This document shows, in pieces, positions 21,809 through 34,069 of a stretch of DNA of 64,000 bases. The DNA is from Takakia lepidozioides. Its lineage: Eukaryota > Plantae > Bryophyta. The number at the start of each line of letters is the position of its first letter. The stretch's first letter is position 1. The notes under the pieces are model-generated. The model saw only the letters and a list, made by a program, of their open reading frames with translations. It ran no database searches and was not told the origin of the DNA. The stretch lies in assembly GCA_030704615.1 (NCBI GenBank), contig CM060734.1:50964001-51028000 (forward strand), given 5' to 3'. The position numbers were made by a program, and so were the translations under genes.

Positions 21809-24800
21809 GTAGCGTACCTTTGAACATCAAACAGAGGCAGAGAGGAAAAGGAGAGTGCACTTGCCCGTTGTGTGGGCAACCTGAAGACTATATTCACTTT
21901 CTGATTCATTGTCCGGGGTTCTCTCACCAGAGAGACACTCTCTTCAAATCTATCAAGGGAATTGTGCATGCACCTCTGTTTACCATTGAAAGTCTCTAGG
22001 CTGAGCCAAAAGCCCAGGCCCTTTTGGGGCCTAGTTATTGGGCAAACCACACACAGCAGGTTGATGCTTGTGTAAAGGGATTTCTAGAGGATATCGGGAA
22101 AACCCGGATCAATTGTTTACTCCAAGTTAAGTCTTACTACTGGCATCAGCCCCTGACATGGTAGGTTCTGTCCCTTTGTGTTCCGCTCAAACTGGGTGCG
22201 GGGTCAATGGCAATGAGGCTACGGCAAACAACGTCTTATGAGTACATTCTCTCTCTGTTGTAGACTCAAATTGAGAGATGGAGGCATAAATTATGTGCTG
22301 CGAGAGACAAGAGAGTTGGTGTTATTCACACAGGTGGTTGATTAACGCATAATGAGGGCTGGTATAATATACACATGTCAAGGATATTTTACATGCAAAG
22401 AAACAGTTTTTGATATGTTCATGCACGGTGGTATGTGTGAGCAGGTGGTGCCACATATCACAGACGCCATCCAGGACTGGATTGAAAGAGTAGCCAAAGT
22501 TCCTGTCGATGGGCTCTCAGGGCTTGCAGATGTTTGTGTCATAGAGCTGGGTGGCACTGTTGGTAACCCCTTATGTCCTTCTTGCACCCAGAATGCCTGT
22601 TGTCGCTCAGCATTTAGCTGACTGTTTGCTAGCCATTTTCTTCTTCAGAGAGCTATCAACCTTCAACAACCATGGCTACCTTAAGGTTTGAGACTGTCTT
22701 TCTTTCCAAAGGAATGCACATATTAATAAGGTACAATCATCAGTAGAATGAAGCTACTTGCTACGGGTATTGGCTAGTTGTATGAGGACTGAGGTCCTCC
22801 AATCTCCCTTTGTGAACTGGGGCCCAGAACGGAAGCTTCTATTGATTGCCAACAGGTAGCTGATTGGCAGTATGTATGACTAAATGACACTCTGCCATCC
22901 AGCTCTTGGACAGAAAATCTTGGGCATCCTGCTTCAGCCGAATTTAAATTGTCAAGGTACTCAAGCAATGACTAACTTCTATGAAGACAATAATTCAAGA
23001 AGTCAACCAAGCCGATTGGTTCGAACAGTTCAGGCAAATCAAACAATGAATGTGGTCAAACATCTTATTATTATTATTATTATTATTTTAATTTTTACTG
23101 CACAAATGGACTTCTGAGATAGGTCTTTTAATGGCTGAGCGCAGGTGACATAGAGTCCATGCCTTTTATCGAAGCCCTCAGGCAGTTCCAGTTTCGTGTT
23201 GGTAAGCCATAGTGAGCTTATGTGTCTGTAGATGGCACAGTCTTTCTAGCTTGCAGTTTATTCTAATCTGAATTGTTTTAAGAGTTGCAGCAGTGCCTCT
23301 ATGTGAAGTCTTGACGTAGCACCTCGTCAGTGTTTGAACTGATTGGAAAATCTGGCACTGGTGTTCTGTTTTTCTAAGGGGACTTGGTTGGGTTTTGTTC
23401 CACCAGGTTTATGTGGATACATTTTGACCTCTCATTTCAGGATTGTTAGATGCATTGCCCACTTTCTTATGATATTTTCTTAGCAGTAACTGTTTGCTCC
23501 TAGCCTTGTGCACCAGCACTTAAAAGGAGCTCCCTGATACTTGTTGACATGTAGGGAAGGACAATTTCTGTTTGGTCCACGTGAGTCTGGTTCCTGTTTT
23601 GGGCGTTGTGGGCGAGCAGGTCAGGACCACTTTCTCGAGAGACTCATCAGTCTTGGAAGTGTGTGATACATAGTTAATTAGTTCTCGTCGTGTGATGTAA
23701 GCTACCTTCTTGTAGGAAAAATTCTGGGAAATGTTTCCCAATTGAACGTAGATTTAACTGTGTTTTCCTCGATCTAGTATCTTAGTCATGCACATTGAAA
23801 GGATCTGATTGATGGTAAGACTGACTTCCACTGATGGGTGACTTGCATCAGAAAACGAAACCCACACAGCATAGTGTGCGAGAGCTCAGGGCATTGGGCT
23901 TGACCCCACATCTGCTGGCCTGCCGTAGTGCTCAAGTAAGGAACCCAACATTTCCTCTGGTTAAGCTTACAAAATCGTCACCACTGTAACACTAGGTATT
24001 ATTGTTTTTAGGGTTTGGTTGCTACTTACTGCAAATATTGTTTGGGCTTCCATTAACTGTAGTGCAGTCCTTCCAGTCTACAGAGACAGGGATCAATCCT
24101 GTGTTCAGGATCTCATCCTCCTGTCTGGCAAAGCTTTGGGAAATTTCTAGGAGTAGTTGACAGCTTTCTTGGTGGGATGTGATCCAGCCTTTGGAACAGG
24201 CAACCAAGGAGAAGCTCTCTCAATTTTGCCATGTCCCAGTAAGTACACCTGTTAAGGCAGTAACCTTCTTAGAGGACATGAAAAGTTTGGTTGATATTTT
24301 CCAGTGCTTATATTGATGTTGAATTGTATGTTGTTTTCTGTTGAAGTTGCTTTCTCAAAAAGTAAGGCGTTTTGTCAATTCCACTCCTGGCCATGCCTGA
24401 GTTGTGGGCTCCATTGATATATTTCCTATTTTCTCAACTGTCTGGCCTGGGAAGGACAGGCTGCTCACATTCTGAACATCCACGATGTTTCCAACATATG
24501 GCATATACCCCTTCTTCTAAGAGTATGCTTCTTCATCTTGAAGGCCCAAAATTTTTTTTGAAGTCGTTGCATGGTGATATGCAGATCCTTCCTTATTTTG
24601 GCAGGTTCATGGTTTCAAATTGTTTGCAAACCTAGTTTCACTGTATACCTGCAGTTAGACATCTGTATTTGAAGTTTCCGGGAGGCAAGAGAAGCCTGGA
24701 TATTATGAAGTGTATATTTGGACGTGGTGGCTTGAATTTCTACGTGACTTATTGGTGGTCATGTGTTTCTGGTTTTAATCTCATTTTAAAATCAGATTCG

Positions 24801-27800
24801 ATCAAATGTCTTCTGTTTGACAGGAACAAGAAGCACATGTAGCAATATTACAGAAATTGGACTTGAGGTGAGTTGTCAAAGCGTTTTCTTACTACAGACA
24901 TCTGCCTAGCGGGCATAAACACCCCGTACTTCTGTCCATTAGGGTATTGTGGCTGTTCTGAGGGAAGTCACTTGGTGTTAACAAGGATTTCAGAGATGGT
25001 GTGCACAGCTTGCGAGCAGCTTTGTCGATGGTCAGCAGGTGTGTTGTTGTTCTTCTACTGTTGTACCAGTTATTTGTTTTGGTTCGAGAAATCCAATGGA
25101 AGTTTGTTTCTGTTGCAGTTCTGTACCCCCCCCTGCCCTGGAGCAATGGGCTTTACGAGCTGAACGGTGTGACAATCTTTCTGTCCCAGTAAGTCCTCAA
25201 ATTATCTGGAAGCTTACATCATTGGAATGTGCAGATTTAGTCTAGTCAAGCTGCTTCTTGAAAATGTCATTACTTCCATGGTTCCTGCCTTAGCCACCAT
25301 TATTTGTCAGTCTCTGTGATTCTAGTCAGGTATTCTAGCCTATATTTCTTTGGTCTGCCACTCTGTTTCCTTTGCTGTATCCTTGTCTGCTGATCAATTT
25401 ATGTAATTGCATCCTTGTCTGTCAAGAGCATACACTGCAATTTTTTTTCACCTGAAAGGAGTAGAGATGCCAGACTTTGAAGACGAAGTCAGCATAGACA
25501 TCTTACCCGCCGCCAGAAACTGTTTATGCTGCCCTTTAGTGGTGAGAAGAGGTCATGCTTTTGTCTATGGTAAATCACAGTCAAACTCTCAAGTTTAGAG
25601 TTGTTTCTCCTAGTTTAGAAGGATAGTTGTGGTCCTCCACCAAGCAAAGACTAGCATATTTCTGTCGGATGTTCTGTTGTCTGTAGTGTTTCTTCTGTAC
25701 CCGACAGTGTCTGGCCATTTCCTGCATCAGTCGCCTCCCATCCAACAGTCACTTGCAACACTAGTTCCACACTCTTGAGTGCTAGACTATGAAGACATGA
25801 GTACATCTCTCTGTAGAGTACCCCATGCAAGCTGACTCCAATGTGTCATTCTAGTCTGTGCCTGTTCATTGGCGAGCTTCTCAAATGGTCCTGAGATTCT
25901 GTGAACCTAGAAATGCTGCTTCCAATTCTACAATTGGTTTGCAGTAGAGCAGCTTAGATGGAACAGTGTCTCATCGATCTGTCTGGGCGTGCAGGTGAAG
26001 ATTGCAATGGTTGGAAAGTACACAGGCCTCGCAGATTCCTATCTCTCAGTGTTGAAGGTATGTTCTTTCTACTCTTTATTGTAACTCTTGTTCAACTCTA
26101 CTCCAATTCCAACTCTTTGTATGCTGAGGCTTGGCTTGGCTCATCTCCTGTCAGATCATTTTGTGCTGTCATGGGTTCAATGTGCCAATGATGACAAGTT
26201 ACGTAATGAACAGATGGCAGAGTACTTTTGCCACATGGCGATCCTCATTTGTCACTACCACTGAGGCACATGACCTTCAGCTGAATCAATTCGGGTTGTG
26301 GTCTCTTATGAAAAGCAAGTAAGGCTGTAGATGTGCACGCTCCTTGTGAGATTAGCATGCACTATGATCTTTACACATGGTCTAATGCATTGGCTTCAAT
26401 TTTGGGCAGCATTCCCCTGTCATGTCTTTGTTATGCCTCCATCTATTTGTACTTTCCCAAGTTCTGATGTTTGAGTTTGTACTAACTTGATGAAATGGAT
26501 ATGTATAAGGCAACTATTTTTTCAAGTAATTCTATATCTGATGTTATAAGAGAAGTTTGCTGCAATATATGTTACAGGCGCTACAGCATGCATGCATTGC
26601 ATGCTCGAGGAAGCTGGTGTTGGAGTGGGTGGCTGCTACAGATCTAGAAGACCCTGCAAAGAGAGAGGCATGTAGCTTAAATCCAATGGTTAATTTTCTC
26701 TGAGGAGTAACTGTAGAGCATTTGGCATCATAATTGCTGCCATTGCGGGAGGGACATTTTCTTGCAGTGCTCCGTCACCTCAGACAGACACTTGCAAAGA
26801 AAAGTACTTGGTCATCAAAGTAACAAAGGATGGTATCTGCGTTGCACTTTATTTTTCTTAAGCGTAATGTAAGCTTAGGTTACTATTTTGGTGTGAGAAG
26901 ATGCACTGTTGCCTCTCACTATCTTATGCTTCTGAAGGCTCTTTGGGGAGTGGGCTTGTAGACATTCAGGGAATGCGGTCGACTAAAATGTCTTCTGGTC
27001 TGTGCAGAGACCAGATGCACATGCAGCAGCTTGGGGTACTTTGAAGGTGAGAGCCCTTCGTTTTTAGTTTCGAACTTGGACACACATTCCTGTTAAGCAT
27101 TGTTAGTTCTTATGTCATCACTGCTGGTTATTGCTGGTTTGGCACTGGAGTTTTCCCCTAGGCTATCATCTTGTTTGATAATGTAAGGCTGGGCTTTGGG
27201 AGGCCTACAATGACCCTTTCATTCATGGGACCAATTGTATTTTAGAAGCCTAATAGCTCTGTAACTTTTGGAGTATATTGCCCAGGGTATTGCCCACCCG
27301 CAGCTTTCCCTCGGTGGATTGCTTATCTGCATGGACCTCACTAGAACTTTGTTAGATTGTGGTGTGCATGTGTCATGTTTTTTTGGGTTAAGTACTTTGC
27401 CTGCAGCCTCCTAATGTATAGACAAGTCAGACCAGTAGATGTAAGATGCACTACACAATATTATTGGACAGGTTTACACGGTATGTAGGTAGGGTGCTCT
27501 TAAGCAAGATGTAAGGGTTGCAATCCACTTCCCTACCCCCTTCAGGGAAGTGATGCATTCTAGTGGCTATTGAACCCGAGTGGGCCATGTAGGGCTTTGC
27601 AGTTAGAGAATGAACCAGAAATTTCTTTTTTTGGCAGGGTGCTGATGGTGTGCTAGTTCCTGGCGGCTTTGGTGATCGAGGGATACAAGGAAAAATTCTT
27701 GCGGCAAATTATGCCCGTGTGAATGGGATCCCATATCTGGGTATTTGCCTTGGGATGCAAATTGCGGTGGTTGAATTTGCTCGAAATGTAAGCATTATCT

Positions 27801-30254
27801 CCAAAACTAGGTTTCTTGAGTTGTGTCTGGTTCAGTGAAGAGTCTTAAGGGTTTTCCAGCTCTGACACCCTTCAATGTAATTGATTTGTATGTTATTGGC
27901 TTTTGGGATACAACCATCAGACATGTTTTTCAGAATGTGAGCTTTGGCACCCACGAGTCCATGGGTGCAATAGAATGTACTCGTAAGACCTTGTTTGTCC
28001 ATGGGTGCGATAGAGTAAGAGAGCTTGGGTTTGTAACTGAGCTGACACTTGTCCCATGGATGTGCAGGTGTTGGGTTTGGAGGATGCAAACAGTACTGAG
28101 TTTGATTCAGCCACACCACATCCTTGTGTGGTTTTTATGCCAGAGGTACTGTGTTTGTGCCATTGTGTTTCTTCTCACTTCTCAAATATATTGTTGTTTC
28201 TGTTGGCCTAGTGTTCCTTGCGAATTCTTCATTTTATTTTTGTTTGTTCAGGTATCGAAGACGCATATGGGTGGCACGATGAGGTTGGGAGCCCGAAAGA
28301 CATTGCTTCAGACTGCGGATTGTATAACTGCTAAATTGTATGTGGGATCTAACCCTGGTCTCTGAACCTTGAGCATCTGTGGTGACTAAATTCTCATTGT
28401 TGTGTTTCCCACATGAATGTAGTCTAGCTCTGACAGGTGCATCTTTGAGGATTACATAAAAGACGTCATGATGCCGATTATTGTTTGATATAGTTGCTGT
28501 TTGGGCAGCTACATGTTTCTGTAAACTCTGCAAGTGGAAGGCAGTCACGGGAGCCTCATGAGCGGACTTATTTAGATGTGTAACAGTAGCTGCTATAGGG
28601 GTACCAATGGGATAGTTGGGTGGCTGGTGTGAAGGTACCAACGGGAGCTCTTTATAGATGAGCGACATCGTCACCGTTATGAGGTAGATTTGCCCATTGG
28701 TCACATGAAAGCATGTTGCAGTGAACATTCATTTCCGATTTGAAGTTGTTGATACACAAGATAGTGGAAATCCGTGGTCTGGTCTAACAGGTCAGGCAAC
28801 CAGACACTTGGTCTCCGCATTCCGCTGAGCTAAGTTGACAATGTACCAGTAAAGCAGTAACAGGTGTAAGCCTATGTATATCATTCTTTTGCAATGCAGT
28901 CTACCTTGTATAGCACCTTGCTACCTCTTATTTGAATGACAAACTAGTTATACACAATGGCTTCCCAGGCATTGGTGGCTCATCTGTGTGAATCCACATG
29001 TGTGTGGCAGGTGAACCCAGAGATGGTAGAGAGGTTGGAAGGAGCAGGGCTCCGGTTTGTTGGGAAGGATGAAACGGGCCGTCGGATGGAGGTCTGTATG
29101 GTCTTTCCACCAACCCTTATGAGTGATTACAACTGTTAGATGATGAGGGGTAATTATGACTGATTGATTGTTTGTCCTGCCCTGTTTTTTCAGGGGTGCT
29201 TCAGTAAGCTGATGACCTTTCTGTTGTTTGCACCCTAGAGTAAGGTTAGAAGGGAGTACTGTATTAGAACTGAGCCATTATTTCAATTTACTAAGGATTT
29301 TTCAGTGTACATCAGCTTTATTATCTATACTCATTGTATTTGGATGAAATGCTGTATGGTTGTGCAGATTTTGGAGCTGCCAGGACATGCCTACTATGTG
29401 GGTGTGCAGTTTCATCCAGAGTTCAAGTCACGCCCCGGAAAACCTTCTGCTGTCTTTTTAGGTGAGTTCCTGTGCCATCCAGATGGTGTTCGGGAGGCTA
29501 TCTGTCTGACTCTTGAATGATGTATTTGAAAACCTGTGCTAATTGTGGTTCAATCTTGCCTCATGTTTGGTTTGTGCGTCTGGACCTGAAGAGGTGAGTG
29601 AAAGGGTTGAAACTGTATAATAGATATCTACTGCCATTTACAACACCTTGGTTTGGAGTCAGTTCATTCCCGTCTTCGAGTACATGAGCTACATATGTAA
29701 TAACCCCTCCATCCTGTAGGGAAGAGACAAGAGTTCAGTTGACAAAGCTGGCAGCATCTTTTGGTGCACCTCAAGTTAGATCTTCATTCTACCTCATAGA
29801 AGTAGGTGATTTCGGATTGATGTGATTTGTAAGGTTGTGTCTATGTTGGATTTGGAGGCCAAATAATCTACACGAGATCTTAATCTACTGTCACTCCAAG
29901 ATTGTTCTATTTGTGCATCCACCACTTCTCCTTACCAGACTAGTTGATATTGCTCAAGAGTTCTGTATCAGGCAGGAGTCATTGACAGGAGAGTAACATC
30001 ATGTGTCTATCAAATCTTTTGATTACGTTGAACCAAAATGGCATGTATGTGCAGGTCTCATTCTAGCGGCGTCAGGTCAGATGGACTCATATGTAAGTGG
30101 GGCACATGGGGGCTCAACTGTTTATGGTACCCAAGTAAAAGGGTCACCAGCACCCTCCCAAAATGAGACCGCCAACTCGAGATTTCATGAAAGGTTTTCA
30201 AAACTTGTTGTGTCCAACCACACCCAAAATGGTGATGTTGCGACACAGTCTTAA
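20319..30254 (+). CDS. CTPS: CTP synthase (multi-exon)
   Basis: Exons encode [118 protein letters not shown] and GVQFHPEF. Stop at 30254. Confidence 0.95.
21757..22255. repeat. Intronic insertion in CTPS with a (CT)n tract; parts are shared with the cargo at 41966-42013 and 50068-50275
   Basis: Flanked by the 11-bp direct repeat tgttgtagact (21746-21756 and 22256-22266). Segment 21972-22255 is nearly identical to 50068-50275. Confidence 0.6.
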
Positions 30255-30669
30255 GACGAGAATCAATTAAAAATACATGTTAACACACCCCTCTTTCTCT
30301 CTCACCTGCGCAAAACAGAACTCCCTGTCACTAGGTGTTGTTCTTGGCTGGGTATGGGGGCATAGTCATCGTGGTTTGGTAGTTTGGTAGTATCCCCCTG
30401 GGGTAGTTTCTGAAGTTTCAGCATTGCCATCACTTTTAAGCATGATAGTAAGATAGTTAGATACAGACAATGAGAAATCACCTCCTCTGGGAGTGTCAAC
30501 TGAAACTTCTATTTCCATGTGACTTGCAACGGCTCATAAGTGGCTTAGCACAGAGCCAAGGTCAGAGGGAATGTAGTTCTTACATAGGAAAACTTGCACC
30601 TTATGATTGTTTCCTGGCTGCTGAAAGACTACATTACATCTTATCTTATTTAAAATGTTGTGACAGACC

Positions 30670-30990
30670 TGGTGGGACTTGCACTCCAAAGCTTCCATCC
30701 CACGCCCATACTGGGTATATCTGCAATCATCACACTCCATGAGACCTCATCTTGGTTAGCCATGTTGTTGAAACTTGAAACTCCCTTGGCATCCTTAATG
30801 CTCTTGTGTTTTGCATACATGTGCACTTGGGCAGTGTCAAGATTCATACTTGTTCCAAATCCAGCTTTCACTATGTCAGTATGGACCTCTTTGCCCACAC
30901 CCATGCTTGATCTATCCTGCCATTGGGGTAGTCCATGAGAACATATTGCTTTCAGCCATTGACGCATAGACGAGGGAAACCTGCTTACAA
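30670..30990 (-). pseudogene. PPR relic downstream of CTPS
   Basis: Encodes GKEVHTDIVKAG...AQVHMYAKHKSIKDAKGV..NMANQDEVSWSVMIAD. Confidence 0.75.
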
Positions 30991-32147
30991 GGAATTGAGG
31001 CACATCAGAGGAAACCTGCTTCACATCTGCAAACAAGCTCAGCAGGTTTTCTCTGCATCCCCAAAACCCCCCCCCAGATTTCATAACTTAGCAGAAGAGT
31101 TGCCCTCAACCTGCATCCGTCCCAAAGATTACCACAGGCAAAGGAAGTGGGTTCGTCCAGATGGATGGAAAACAGTCTTCTTGTTTTTGAGAAAGTGGGA
31201 AGAGGCCCTTAAAGTGTATAAACTATAAACAAACACAACATGAATAGTTCTTGCAAGAACCAAATTCTGAACAAACTACATAATGTATTTCAGGCGGTTG
31301 TCATTCACTAACTGTCAGATGGTGCACTGGTTGGGGGTTAAACTTGCCTGGCCCCAGATACAGGGTTCAAACCTTGGATGGGGGATGACAATGAAGAAAT
31401 TGATGTGCAGCTGTGCATACCTGCTCTGCGTATGATCATCTAAATAGATGTAAATGTGCCCTACGAGTCATCCCTCTTTTTGACGAGAATGTGCTCCAAG
31501 CATCTTACAACTTGCATCGTGTGAGATCTTTTGCCGATCAACAAGTGGCAAGACTGCGATTCCCAAAACAAGCAACGTTCTTGGTCGGTCAGTTAAGTAA
31601 GCAAACCCCAGAAATTATCGATTGCTGATGTGTAATAAAACAGAGTTGACCCAAGCACGTCTGCCAACAAAAGGGCAGTGATAAATGCTGACGTGACAAA
31701 TACAACCACCGCCTTTTGACTTGCAGATTGATGTGCACCACCATCACCTTCGGCAATGCCGGCAATGGCTCTGGTCTGTCGCTTTCGCTGTCTGCAACTG
31801 TTGTTACAGCTGGGTTCTCTCAAAAGTCTCAGTGGGGTAGCCATGGAACACTGACTTCCATGTCCCCAGGTCACTGTCAAGATCAGTCAAGACATCTCAT
31901 GGAGGCTGATAATCTTAGGGTATCGTGTGAGAGAACTTGACAGTAGTGACGTTGTGTGTATAAATGTAGATGCAGAGAGGATGCGGATGCACAGTGCCCA
32001 GGGAGAACTCGGAACTCATCTGGAGGCCAGTGAAGACTGAGACAGAGCAGGCTGAATTATTGCGATTTGAATTCCGGAAGGTATCATGGGTTTCATGGAA
32101 AATTACCATCTGAGGGCACATCCACGGAGTTGGACAGTTACTGCATC

Positions 32148-33257
32148 ATGGGTGCTGGTGCTCCAGCTCTTGGTCGTCAGCAGCATGATCGTTGTGGAGG
32201 CAAGAGACACCCCATCATCGCCGAATCAGTTCCTGGGCGCAGTGTGGATCTCAGGTACACACTACACACACTCTCCATTACATCTACTGCGTAGATTTAA
32301 CTTGGATCCGAGAGAGAGAGAGCTACGTTGGCATCAACTGTCGGGTTGTAGCGTTAGCCAGTTTGGAGGCCGAACGAGACTCGGCGTTGATCTGGTTTCA
32401 CAAAGGACTGTGACAAAGACGACTATATATGACTTCGAAAGTTTGTACAGGCTTTGCAGCGTCTCCGAACAAATTGTAAAACCCCTTGGCATCCCTGCAC
32501 GGCTTCATACCTTAAATCCGTAGCCTTATGTCACAGAATTCGGAAATTGGATTCTTAAAACATCCAGATCGTAGATTGTTCTCGGTCAGGATCCTGTAAT
32601 ATCTTGGAAGAAGAATTAAACTGATGGGTCACGATTTCAATCCATATCGTAGTGGCCTCCTGTTAATGTTTCAGTCAAGTTCATTCTCTCTCCCATTTCC
32701 ACGTCCCTTTGCTATAAAGAACCACCAATGCTTTGAATAGCTCTTCACGGGTTTAGGTGGTTCCCTGCCCACTTGTATAACTGAGTATTATTGTAGACTT
32801 GCGACTTGAGCACCTCCCCCACTTCCTCCTTGACAGTGAAAGTGATCATGTGTTTTGTCCAGGCTCAAATGCGTTTCATTCGGCTCGAAGCCATATCCCA
32901 GCACCGATTGGACATCCGCCATCGCCTAAAATAATAGAACCCCCTCCCGTGGATAAGTCAATCTCCCCGTAACTTCTCATGTCGAACCTGGAAATTGCAT
33001 CTGCTGTAGAATCCGATGTGAAGGTCACTGGAATAAAGATGTTGGTCAGGAATGTGTGGTATGTACATGAATATGAACAGGATGCATCAGACGTTCTCCC
33101 ACAGTATACCTGTACAGCCATTTCTTTTCTCTCCTTAGGCGCAGGGAAAGACGTCAATTACTCACTTGCCTTTCAAGGATCTAAATACTCCAGAATCGTT
33201 TCCAGCGGGCCACTGCCCAGTCCACTACAAACTTCCTCAATAAACCTTGATGTCTAG
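32148..33257 (+). other. Possible unknown gene or pseudogene with a signal-peptide-like start
   Basis: Hydrophobic segment VLVLQLLVVSSMIVVEA and a coding-like ORF at 32979..33257. No family was recognised. Confidence 0.25.
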
Positions 33258-33892
33258 ACTCGGGGGATGCACTCTTCATAAAAGAACCATATCTCGTGCG
33301 TGCATTAGTCAATAAACAATACCCCTATATATAGGTTACTTCATGAATTTATCATATGTATACATACATTTTAAAATTTACTAAACCCCCTAATGTATTT
33401 ATTTATATATATATATAATGAATAACAACACCCTGCTGTATGTATTCATGTGTTGATTCAGAATGTAATAAACCCTTCATTTATGTATAATTTTTAATAA
33501 AACAAAATTTGACTAATTTTTTACATCAGATTTAAAAAATATTTAAAATAACTTGTATAATAAAAATTAGTGTCAAATTTATTTTTCATTGATGAAATTG
33601 TTAAAACTGTTTTATCATTTGGATCGAGCTTATACCTATTAGAGACTGCATCATACTTTAAAAAAGCTAATGCTATGATAGACTCTAGATCAACCATCAT
33701 ATTGTCCGTCACAATCATAGGAGTAAAATGATCCTTTCACTTTTTCGTACCAAGCTAGACCTATTTCTACATTGGAAGGCCGTATCAACAAATCAATTGG
33801 ATCCTTATACTCAATTCGTCGATTATTGACTTTTCGACGCATTTTCTGAACCCTACCCAAATACCAAAAACCTTTTGTCACCTCATGACAGC

Positions 33893-33985
33893 TCATGGCA
33901 GACTCTGGCGTGAGGGGATACTTGACGACCTCATAATGATGACGCTTGTTCCTGGCAAGGGGCTGAGGCGAAAGGGTGCGGCCTC
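33893..33985 (-). pseudogene. RPL23A: Fragment of ribosomal protein uL23 (RPL23A)
   Basis: RNKRHHYEVVKYPLTPESAM matches the conserved RNKLDHYxIxKYPLTTESAM of uL23. Confidence 0.65.
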
Positions 33986-34069
33986 TCTTCACCTGTGTAC
34001 AAACCATGAATACAACCTCAGCCTTGCTACTAGCAGCTGCAGCAGCTGAGACTGACGGCGTGAAGTTCT

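Noticed and set aside
31320-31385. Second SINE head (tggtgcactgg..ggttcaaacc)
   Set aside because: Only weak A/B-box similarity, with no tail or TSD identified.
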